From a virus (Duplodnaviria > Heunggongvirae > Uroviricota > Caudoviricetes): 6,306 nt of DNA. The translations under genes were made by a program, and so were the position numbers. Shown here in pieces: positions 1-6,306 of this stretch (the stretch's first letter is position 1; each line of letters opens with the position of its first letter). Location: IMG/VR virus record IMGVR_UViG_2671180405_000009; one strand, written 5' to 3'. The notes beneath the pieces are model-generated. The model was not told the origin of the DNA, ran no database searches, and worked only from the letters and a program-made list of their open reading frames with translations.

Positions 1-33
<33 letters not shown>

Positions 34-647
34 GCGAGATTTGAGACGAAGGTTGTTATTTGCACTGACACAATATTGTGTGGGAATGTCTGACTCCTTA
101 CCATCTCCTGTTCTGTGATGTTGTTTTGTTGCAGTTCCAGTGCTCTTTTTTCAGCACCAGAATGGTGCATTGTCGGTCAGGTTACGTAGTGAACCTCTGG
201 CAGGGGACTGATAATGCATCATTCTGGTGTTGTAAATATCTCTTCGGACAACTTACAAAATATTCTAAGCAAACCCCGGGAACACACTCTTAACTGCCTT
301 GGCTGGCGGTTTTTTGTACAGCGCTCGGTATGTGTGAGCTGGAAATCAGATTTTGCATGGACTGGAATCATGCTGTTATTTAGGGGCGAAGAACTGGCTT
401 TTTCTTCCGCCTTCTCACCAGTAACGATTAGAAAAATAATGAAATGCCCCCCTCCGGGGAGGAGGACCGTAGAAAAAAGGACCCGCCAGCAAAAACATTG
501 GGGATGAACAGCTTTCGCTACTCAGATTGCTGGCGGGTAAAGTTCCTCATGAATTAAGAATGCTACGCGATCTTTTTTAATGGAAATGAAAATTATTGTC
601 AATTAGTCGTGCGTGTTTTTTCATACAATATTGGTAAAGGTGATTCA

Positions 648-678
648 GGCCATCAGAGTTTTGCTGATGGCCTTTTTT
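648..678 (+). terminator. Rho-independent terminator (perfect 9-bp stem, 7-nt loop, T6 tract)
   Basis: Seen in sequence: ggccatcag (648-656), loop agttttg (657-663), ctgatggcc (664-672), then tttttt (673-678). The reverse strand has no matching T-run, so it is oriented for + strand transcription. Confidence 0.6.
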
Positions 679-713
679 CTTTCCGATAGCACAGGTCTGT
701 CGGGGGGCGGGAT

Positions 714-787
714 ATGTATCAGATGGAAAAAATATCAACAGGCATTGCCTACGGCACCTCCGCCGGCAGTGCCGGCTACTGGTTTTT
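714..787 (+). pseudogene. 5' fragment (about 24 codons) of a second phage-21-type pinholin gene, cut off at the N at 788
   Basis: Translation from ATG 714 is [24 protein letters not shown], paralleling the intact holin start [10 protein letters not shown]... including the Met1/Met4 dual-start pattern. 741-787 is an exact 47-bp copy of 1054-1100, and 723-787 aligns with 1036-1100 with a few mismatches. The upstream flank differs from that of the intact copy. Confidence 0.55.
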
Positions 788-788
788 N

Positions 789-913
789 GAACCGTTCTGA
801 CAGCTTCGGCTTTGAACTCTTTAGAGTAACGTTGGGTTTTTCTGCTCATTATTAGCTCCTTCTGATGCCATTCTATTTTAGGAAGGAGTGTCCGTTAAAC
901 TCAGGCTACCTCA
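789..913 (-). mobile_element. IS3-family insertion-sequence left end (terminal inverted repeat, leader and first 20 codons of orfA); IS600-like from memory; truncated
   Basis: The reverse complement of 904-913 begins tgaggtagcc (an IS3-family-style TG terminus). Minus-strand ATG at 849-847 encodes MSRKTQRYSKEFKAEAVRTV, a helix-turn-helix OrfA N-terminus I recall from IS600-type elements. The transposase reading stops making sense exactly at the N at 788. Confidence 0.55.
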
Positions 914-1026
914 GTGCTTTCCTTACTGTATATATCGTTTCGCCCGCTTTTGCGTTTTTTTCTTTTCAAATCCCTTTCATTTCTCAGTGTAAAACTACGC
1001 CATCCGTTATTTGCGGAGGTGAGGCT

Positions 1027-1248
1027 ATGAAATCCATGGACAAAATTTCAACGGGCATTGCCTACGGCACCTCCGCCGGCAGTGCCGGCTACTGGTTTTT
1101 GCAGTGGTTGGATCAGGTCAGTCCATCACAGTGGGCTGCGATTGGTGTGCTGGGAAGTCTGCTTCTGGGGCTTCTGACTTATCTGACNNNNNNNNNNNNN
1201 NNNNNNNNNNNNNNNNNNNNNNNNNGTAAGGCTGCGAGAGGTGAATAA
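1027..1248 (+). CDS. S: Phage-21-type class II pinholin/antiholin (S21-like), dual-start MKSM motif; interrupted by an assembly gap
   Basis: Translation [53 protein letters not shown]...KAARGE matches my recollection of S21 (two TM domains, Lys-rich C-terminus). RBS ggagg at 1015-1019, 7 nt before ATG 1027; second start ATG 1036. Stop taa 1246-1248 overlaps the endolysin ATG. Frame is preserved across the N run. Confidence 0.85.
   Translation: MKSMDKISTGIAYGTSAGSAGYWFLQWLDQVSPSQWAAIGVLGSLLLGLLTYLXXXXXXXXXXXXXXKAARGE
1188..1225. other. Assembly gap or masked bases (38 N) inside the holin gene
   Basis: Seen in sequence: an uninterrupted run of n. It implies 14 unknown codons, where I recall about 12 residues in S21 at this position, so the gap length is probably an estimate. 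Confidence 0.95.
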
Positions 1249-1745
1249 TGTCGCCATCATTACGCAAGGCTGTTGCAGTTGCTATTGGTGGCGGGGCTGT
1301 TGCTATAGCATCTGTGTTAATCACTGGCCCAGGTGGTAACGATGGTCTGGAAGGTGTCAGCTACATACCATACAAAGATATCATTGGTGTATGGACTGTA
1401 TGTCACGGACACACCGGAAAAGACATCATGCCTGGTAAAACGTATACCGAAGCAGAATGCAAAGCTCTCCTGAATAAAGACCTTGCCACTGTCGCCAGAC
1501 AAATTAACCCGTACATCAAAGTCGATATACCGGAAACAACGCGCGGCGCTCTTTACTCGTTCGTTTACAACGTGGGCGCTGGCAATTTCAGAACATCGAC
1601 GCTTCTTCGCAAAATAAACCAGGGCTATATCAAAGGCGCATGTGACCAGCTACGTCGCTGGACATATGCTGGCGGTAAGCAATGGAAAGGGCTGATGACC
1701 CGTCGTGAGATTGAGCGTGAAGTCTGTTTGTGGGGGCAGCAATGA
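1248..1745 (+). CDS. R: SAR (signal-anchor-release) endolysin, T4-lysozyme-like muramidase (R21-like)
   Basis: 165-aa product with a Gly/Ala-rich N-terminal SAR helix ([20 protein letters not shown]) followed by the lysozyme catalytic region ([11 protein letters not shown]...GVWTVCHG, Glu-Asp-Thr). Closely resembles phage 21 R from memory. SD gaggtga at 1238-1244; start overlaps the holin stop by 1 nt; stop tga 1743-1745. Confidence 0.9.
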   Translation: MSPSLRKAVAVAIGGGAVAIASVLITGPGGNDGLEGVSYIPYKDIIGVWTVCHGHTGKDIMPGKTYTEAECKALLNKDLATVARQINPYIKVDIPETTRGALYSFVYNVGAGNFRTSTLLRKINQGYIKGACDQLRRWTYAGGKQWKGLMTRREIEREVCLWGQQ

Positions 1746-2191
1746 GCAGAGTCACCGCGATTATCTCCGCTCTGGTTATCTGCATCATCGTCCGCCTGTC
1801 ATGGGCTGTTAATCATTACCGTGATAACGCCATTACCTACAAAGAGCAGCGCGACAAAAACGCAAGAGAACTGAAGCTGGCGAACGCAACCATTACTGAC
1901 ATGCAGCAGNATGCACTCGATGCTAAATACACGAAGGAGTTAGCTGATGCGAAAGCTGAAAATGAAACTCTGCGCGCTGATGTTGCCGCTGGTCGTCGTC
2001 GGTTGCACATCAAAGCAGTCTGTCAGTCAGTGCGTGAAGCCACCACCGCCTCCGGCGTGGATAATGCAACCAGCCCCCGACTGGCAGACACCGCTGAACG
2101 GGATTATTTCACCCTCAGAGAGCGGCTGATGACGATGCAGATGCAACTGGAAGGGGCACAGGAGTATATCCGCACTCAGTGCATTAAGTAG
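1742..2191 (+). CDS. Rz: Rz i-spanin (inner-membrane spanin subunit)
   Basis: [49 protein letters not shown]... is near-identical to lambda Rz as I recall it: N-terminal TM helix plus coiled-coil periplasmic domain. ATGA overlap with the R stop; SD ggggg at 1732-1736. One ambiguous codon from the N at 1910. Confidence 0.9.
   Translation: MSRVTAIISALVICIIVRLSWAVNHYRDNAITYKEQRDKNARELKLANATITDMQQXALDAKYTKELADAKAENETLRADVAAGRRRLHIKAVCQSVREATTASGVDNATSPRLADTAERDYFTLRERLMTMQMQLEGAQEYIRTQCIK
1947..2129 (+). CDS. Rz1: Rz1 o-spanin (outer-membrane lipoprotein), embedded in the +1 frame of Rz
   Basis: [24 protein letters not shown]... has a lipobox (LVVVGC) and a proline-rich stretch (PPPPP), as in lambda Rz1. 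SD aaggag at 1934-1939, 7 nt before the ATG. Lies entirely within Rz. Confidence 0.85.
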   Translation: MRKLKMKLCALMLPLVVVGCTSKQSVSQCVKPPPPPAWIMQPAPDWQTPLNGIISPSESG

Positions 2192-2233
2192 CCTTTTTAT
2201 CGTGGTAAACATTTCGCAGGGTATGAGGTATTT

Positions 2234-2584
2234 ATGCCATCACTAATCCCACGTGCCTGCCGTAAGCGTGGATGTGCAGGTACAACCACAGACAGTTCGG
2301 GTTACTGCGATAAACATCGCGGTGAAGGCTGGGTGCAGCACCAGCGCGGACTGAGCCGCCACCAGCGTGGCTATGGCTCAAAATGGACGGTGATTCGTGC
2401 CCGTATTCTGAAGCGCGATAAAGGTCTGTGTCAGTTGTGTCTGCGTGTCGGTGTGGTGAGCGAGGCGAAAACCGTCGACCACATCATCCCGAAAGCGCAT
2501 GGCGGAACAGACGCAGACAGCAACCTGCAGAGTCTGTGCTGGCCCTGCCATAAAGCGAAAACAGCGCGCGAACGAATCCGGTGA
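2234..2584 (+). CDS. Phage HNH endonuclease (terminase-associated type)
   Basis: 116-aa product with an N-terminal Cys cluster (CRKRGCAG...YCDKHR) and an HNH core (DHIIPKAHGGTDADSNLQSLCWPCHKAKT). SD tgagg at 2224-2228. Its position immediately upstream of terS is typical of HK97-like phages. Confidence 0.85.
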   Translation: MPSLIPRACRKRGCAGTTTDSSGYCDKHRGEGWVQHQRGLSRHQRGYGSKWTVIRARILKRDKGLCQLCLRVGVVSEAKTVDHIIPKAHGGTDADSNLQSLCWPCHKAKTARERIR

Positions 2585-2602
2585 TAATTATTCTCACTTG
2601 TA

Positions 2603-2667
2603 GGGAGGGGCGGGGCAAATCCCTGTGACCTGACGTCTTCCGGACTGCCCGCCCCATCGTTTTTTTA
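2603..2667 (+). promoter_or_regulatory. Putative cos / packaging-initiation region (G-rich and C-rich inverted blocks plus T7 tract) between the HNH and terS genes
   Basis: Seen in sequence: ggggcggg (2607-2614) can pair with cccgcccc (2648-2655) around a 33-nt loop containing a gacgtc palindrome, followed by ttttttt (2660-2666). A cos function is inferred only from the gene order and GC-rich character; I cannot identify the cut site. Confidence 0.3.
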
Positions 2668-2705
2668 TACCCGCGAAAAATGAAATTTAACCAGGAGTGC
2701 CGCAT

Positions 2706-3200
2706 ATGGCTGGAACGGCGGGGCGTTCCGGGCGTCGCCCCAAGCCAACGGCGCGCAAGGCGCTGGCCGGAAACCCCGGCAAGCGAGCCCTGAACAAAGA
2801 TGAACCTGTTTTTACGCCCATCAAAGGTGTTGAGCCACCAGAGTGGTTCGCTGAAGAAGATCTCCCTCTCGCCACGATCATGTGGCAACTGACAACCAAA
2901 GAACTCTGCGGTCAGGGCCTGCTGTGCGTGACTGACCTGGCGGTACTTGAGCGGTGGTGCGTGGCCTATGAGTTCTGGCGACGTGCCGTGAAAAATATTG
3001 CCATACAGGGCAACACCATCACCGGTGCAATGGGCGGCAGGGTCAAAAATCCGGAGCTGACCGCCAAAAAAGAACAGGAGTCCGAGATGAGCAGCACGGG
3101 GGCAATGCTCGGACTCGACCCCAGCAGCCGCCAGCGTCTGATTGGCCTGGCGGGGCAGAAGAAAGCCACTAACCCGTTTCTGAAAATTATCGAATCATGA
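2706..3200 (+). CDS. Terminase small subunit (P27-type, assigned from context)
   Basis: About 164-aa basic N-terminal protein ([27 protein letters not shown]...) directly upstream of, and translationally coupled to, the large subunit (ATGA overlap at 3197-3200). SD aggag at 2693-2697, 8 nt before ATG 2706. The GTG at 2697 is an alternative start. Confidence 0.75.
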   Translation: MAGTAGRSGRRPKPTARKALAGNPGKRALNKDEPVFTPIKGVEPPEWFAEEDLPLATIMWQLTTKELCGQGLLCVTDLAVLERWCVAYEFWRRAVKNIAIQGNTITGAMGGRVKNPELTAKKEQESEMSSTGAMLGLDPSSRQRLIGLAGQKKATNPFLKIIES

Positions 3201-4930
3201 GCCGGAAATCTTACCCCAACGTAAATGCTGCAAATCAGTATGCCCGGGATGTCGTGCGCGGAAAGATTGTTGCCTGCCAGTTTGTGATTCAGGCCTGCCA
3301 GCGCCATCTTGATGACCTGATGGCGGAAAAAAGTAAGTCGTTTCGTTACCGCTTCGACAAGGACCTGGCTGAACGGGCCGCGAAATTTATTCAGCTGTTG
3401 CCGCACACCAAGGGGGAGTGGGCATTCAAACGGATGCCCATCACGCTGGAGCCGTGGCAGCTATTTGTGATCTGCTGTGCGTTTGGCTGGGTCAATAAAG
3501 GCACCCGGTTGCGCCGCTTCCGGGAGGTGTACACCGAAATCCCCCGTAAGAACGGCAAATCAGCAATCTCTGCCGGTGTTGCCCTGTATTGTTTTGCCTG
3601 TGATAACGAGTTTGGCGCGGAAGTGTATTCCGGTGCCACGACAGAGAAACAGGCGTGGGAAGTCTTTCGCCCGGCGCGACTGATGTGTAAACGCACACCC
3701 ATGCTGACGGAAGCGTTCGGGATTGAGGTTAACGCCTCAAACATGAACCGTCCGGAGGATGGCGCGCGGTTTGAACCGCTGATCGGCAACCCAGGTGATG
3801 GTTCATCACCCCACTGTGCCGTGGTTGATGAATATCACGAGCATGCCACCGATGCGCTTTATACCACAATGCTTACCGGGATGGGGGCGCGACGTCAGCC
3901 ACTGATGTGGGCCATCACCACCGCCGGGTACAACATTGAGGGGCCGTGCTACGACAAGCGGCGGGAAGTCATCGAGATGCTCAACGGCTCGGTGCCTAAC
4001 GATGAACTGTTCGGGATCATCTATACCGTTGATGAAGGTGACGACTGGACCGGCCCGCAGGTGCTGGAAAAAGCCAATCCAAATATTGGCGTGTCGGTTT
4101 ATCGCGAATTTTTGTTAAGTCAGCAGCAGCGTGCGAAAAATAACGCCCGTCTGGCAAACGTCTTTAAAACAAAACACCTCAATATCTGGGTGTCGGCGCG
4201 TTCGGCGTATTTCAACTTGGTGAGCTGGCAGAGCTGCGAGGATAAATCACTGACCCTTGAGCAGTTCGAGGGGCAGCCGTGCATTCTGGCCTTTGACCTG
4301 GCGCGTAAGCTGGATATGAACAGCATGGCGCGACTTTATACCCGCGAGATTGACGGTAAAACGCATTACTACAGTGTGGCCCCGCGTTTCTGGGTACCGT
4401 ATGACACGGTGTACAGCGTCGAGAAAAATGAAGATCGACGGACAGCCGAACGCTTTCAGAAATGGGTGGAAATGGGCGTTCTGACCGTTACCGATGGTGC
4501 GGAGGTGGATTATCGCTACATCCTCGAGGAGGCCAAAGCGGCGAACAAAATCAGCCCGGTCAGTGAGTCACCCATCGACCCCTTCGGGGCGACCGGGTTG
4601 TCACATGACCTTGCTGATGAAGACCTGAATCCCGTCACTATCGTCCAGAACTTCACCAATATGTCCGATCCGATGAAAGAGCTGGAAGCAGCGATTGAAT
4701 CGGGACGTTTTCATCATGACGGCAATCCCATCATGACCTGGTGTATCGGCAACGTGGTCGGCAAAAACATGCCGGGTAACGATGATGTGGTGAAACCCGT
4801 CAAAGAGCAGGCGGAAAACAAAATCGATGGTGCAGTTGCGCTGATTATGGCGGTTGGCAGAGCCATGCTGTACGAGAAAGAAGACACGCTGTCTGACCAC
4901 ATTGAGTCCTACGGGATCCGCTCGCTTTAA
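3197..4930 (+). CDS. Terminase large subunit (ATPase plus RNaseH-like nuclease), HK97-like
   Basis: 577-aa product with a Walker A-like motif PRKNGKS (residues about 116-122), a Walker B-like motif [10 protein letters not shown], and a C-terminal acidic nuclease region ([10 protein letters not shown]). Size and position fit a terminase large subunit. Confidence 0.92.
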   Translation: MSRKSYPNVNAANQYARDVVRGKIVACQFVIQACQRHLDDLMAEKSKSFRYRFDKDLAERAAKFIQLLPHTKGEWAFKRMPITLEPWQLFVICCAFGWVNKGTRLRRFREVYTEIPRKNGKSAISAGVALYCFACDNEFGAEVYSGATTEKQAWEVFRPARLMCKRTPMLTEAFGIEVNASNMNRPEDGARFEPLIGNPGDGSSPHCAVVDEYHEHATDALYTTMLTGMGARRQPLMWAITTAGYNIEGPCYDKRREVIEMLNGSVPNDELFGIIYTVDEGDDWTGPQVLEKANPNIGVSVYREFLLSQQQRAKNNARLANVFKTKHLNIWVSARSAYFNLVSWQSCEDKSLTLEQFEGQPCILAFDLARKLDMNSMARLYTREIDGKTHYYSVAPRFWVPYDTVYSVEKNEDRRTAERFQKWVEMGVLTVTDGAEVDYRYILEEAKAANKISPVSESPIDPFGATGLSHDLADEDLNPVTIVQNFTNMSDPMKELEAAIESGRFHHDGNPIMTWCIGNVVGKNMPGNDDVVKPVKEQAENKIDGAVALIMAVGRAMLYEKEDTLSDHIESYGIRSL

Positions 4931-4941
4931 CTGAGGTAATT

Positions 4942-5124
4942 ATGATCATGCTGATTCTCGCGCCTCTGGTGGGCGTGCTGGGTGCGCTTTTGCTGGCGTA
5001 TGGTGCCTGGCTGATTTATCCCCCGGCGGGTTTTGTTGTTGCCGGGGCGCTGTGCCTGTTCTGGTCGTGGCTGGTGGCGCGATATCTCGACCGTACACGG
5101 CAGTCTGTCGGCGGAGGTAAATAG
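4942..5124 (+). CDS. Hypothetical small membrane protein (60 aa, two predicted TM helices) between terL and portal
   Basis: SD gaggt at 4933-4937 before ATG 4942. Product [60 protein letters not shown] has two hydrophobic helices and a basic tail. Codon usage is ctg/gcg-rich like its neighbours. Stop TAG 5122-5124 overlaps a GTG at 5124. Confidence 0.55.
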   Translation: MIMLILAPLVGVLGALLLAYGAWLIYPPAGFVVAGALCLFWSWLVARYLDRTRQSVGGGK

Positions 5125-6280
5125 TGTTCTTTTCGGGATTATTTCAACGAAAAAGCGATGTGCCGGTGACCACGCCAGCAGAACTGCTGATGCTATCGGG
5201 CTGTCATACGACACCTATACCGGAAAGCGGATCAGTAGCCAGCGGGCCATGCGCCTGACGGCGGTCTATTCTTGCGTCAGGGTGCTGGCAGAGTCTGTTG
5301 GTATGCTGCCCTGCAGTCTCTACAAAATCAGCGGTACCCTGAAAACACGGGCGGTGGATGAACGACTGCATAAGTTGGTTTCGGCAAAACCTAATGGCTA
5401 CATGACACCGCAGGAATTCTGGGAGCTGGTTATTGTCTGCCTGTGTCTACGGGGGAATTTTTACGCCTACAAGGTAAAGGCACTGGGAGAAGTGGTGGAG
5501 CTTCTTCCGATAGATCCGGGCTGTGTGGAACCGAAGCTGAACAGCCAGTGGCAGCCGGTTTATCAGGTGACGTTTCCGGATGGTTCCGTGGATGTGTTGA
5601 CCCAGAATGAAATCTGGCATGTGCGCACCCTGACGCTGGATGGACTTGTCGGGCTGAATCCCATTGCGTATGCGCGTGAGGCCATTTCACTGGCAGCGGC
5701 AACCGAGGAGCACGGTGCCAGGTTGTTTAGTAATGGTGCGGTGACATCCGGTGTGTTGCGTACGGAACAAAAGCTCACGCCGGATGCTTACGAGCGTCTG
5801 AAGAAAGATTTTGAGGAGTGTCACACGGGGCTTGGCAATGCTCACCGCCCGATGATTCTGGAAATGGGGCTGGACTGGAAGTCGATGGCGCTGAACGCCG
5901 AGGACAGTCAGTTCCTGGAAACCCGCAAGTTTCAGCTGGAAGAAATCTGTCGTCTGTTCCGGGTGCCGTTGCACATGGTGCAGAACACCGATCGCGCCAC
6001 CTTCAACAATATCGAAGAGCTGGGGCTGGGATTTATCAACTATTCACTGGTGCCGTATCTGACCCGCATCGAACAGCGGATCAACACCGGACTGGTACGA
6101 AAAAGTAAGCAGGGCGTTTATTACGCCAAATTTAACGCCGGGGCGTTACTGCGCGGGGATATGAAGTCCCGTTTTGAAGCCTACGCCACCGGGATCAACT
6201 GGGGAATTTACTCTTCCAATGACTGCCGCGACCTGGAAGATATGAATCCGCGTCCCGGTGGTGTAATGCCGATCAGTTAA
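5124..6280 (+). CDS. Portal protein (HK97-family by context), with a reading-frame discontinuity near the 5' end
   Basis: A long ORF (frame of 5033, ending at taa 6278-6280) encodes the portal body. The best start is GTG 5124, with ggagg at 5113-5117 six nt upstream, but it is in a different frame that stops at tga 5256-5258. A 1-nt indel in 5124-5258 is therefore implied; the first in-frame ATG of the long ORF is far downstream (the Met in ...SQRAMRLTAVY...). Confidence 0.75.
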
Positions 6281-6306
6281 GGATCAGTTGACCGATCCAG
6301 TGGCTG

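Noticed and set aside
294-315. Possible second terminator (ctgcc / ggcgg stem plus T6)
   Set aside because: The stem is only 5 bp and includes a G-U pair; too weak to call.
78-507. + strand ORFs 78-293 (71 aa) and 214-507 (97 aa) in the tRNA-to-holin interval
   Set aside because: Translations are Cys/Trp-rich with low-complexity stretches and no recognisable domain, they overlap each other, and the region is AT-rich with repeat motifs. More likely non-coding; not called as CDS.
596-629. Promoter-like hexamers ttgtca (596-601) and tacaat (624-629)
   Set aside because: The spacer is 22 bp, too long for a sigma-70 promoter, and a transcript from here would hit the terminator within about 40 nt. 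Not called.
577-855. Minus-strand ORF 577-849 (90 aa) and + strand ORF 613-855 (80 aa)
   Set aside because: Only the first 20 codons of the minus ORF are real (the IS orfA start). Beyond the N at 788 it reads the reverse complement of the holin fragment and the terminator. The + ORF runs through the terminator hairpin and the IS fragment in the wrong frame for the holin remnant.
865-1026. Upstream extension of the holin ORF to 865
   Set aside because: The extension starts inside the IS end fragment and has no start codon context. The recognisable holin begins at ATG 1027, which has a good SD.
1730-1741. GTG start at 1730 for Rz, as in the ORF track
   Set aside because: The ATG at 1742 gives the MSRVT N-terminus I recall for Rz, has an SD at the right distance, and forms an ATGA overlap with the endolysin stop.
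5033-5123. TTG start at 5033 for the portal ORF
   Set aside because: It has no SD, overlaps the preceding small membrane ORF by 90 nt, and encodes a Cys/Trp-rich stretch. It is most likely open frame upstream of an indel, not real coding sequence.
2027-5974. Minus-strand and alternative-frame ORFs (2027-2212, 2484-2888, 2687-2899, 2966-3406, 3391-3789, 3477-3683, 3492-3698, 3936-4118, 4120-4326, 4601-4900, 4714-4902, 4927-5214, 5430-5702, 5563-5778, 5687-5974, 5818-6108) plus 1118-1324 and 1317-1502
   Set aside because: All lie antisense to or out of frame within confidently assigned late genes in GC-rich DNA, where long spurious ORFs are expected. Their translations are Arg/Cys/Pro-rich with no start signals.

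Overview
This window is the late-gene region of a lambdoid, HK97-like prophage from an enterobacterium, all on the + strand, in a draft-quality assembly (ambiguous bases at 788 and 1910, a 38-N gap at 1188-1225). It opens with the 3' end of a tRNA gene (1-33), followed by about 680 bp with no convincing ORF that ends in a strong intrinsic terminator (648-678). Next comes a phage-21-type lysis cassette: pinholin S (1027-1248), SAR endolysin R (1248-1745), and spanins Rz (1742-2191) with Rz1 embedded (1947-2129). The packaging and head module follows: HNH endonuclease (2234-2584), a GC-rich putative cos region, terminase small (2706-3200) and large (3197-4930) subunits, a 60-aa two-helix membrane ORF (4942-5124) and the portal gene (5124-6280). 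I found no evidence of a novel defence or other undescribed system. The points worth a second look are structural irregularities: a second, truncated pinholin 5' end (714-787) joined through the N at 788 to an inverted 125-bp IS3-family end fragment (789-913), and a portal gene whose start and body lie in different reading frames. All protein-family assignments are from reading the translations and from memory of the families; no database search was run.
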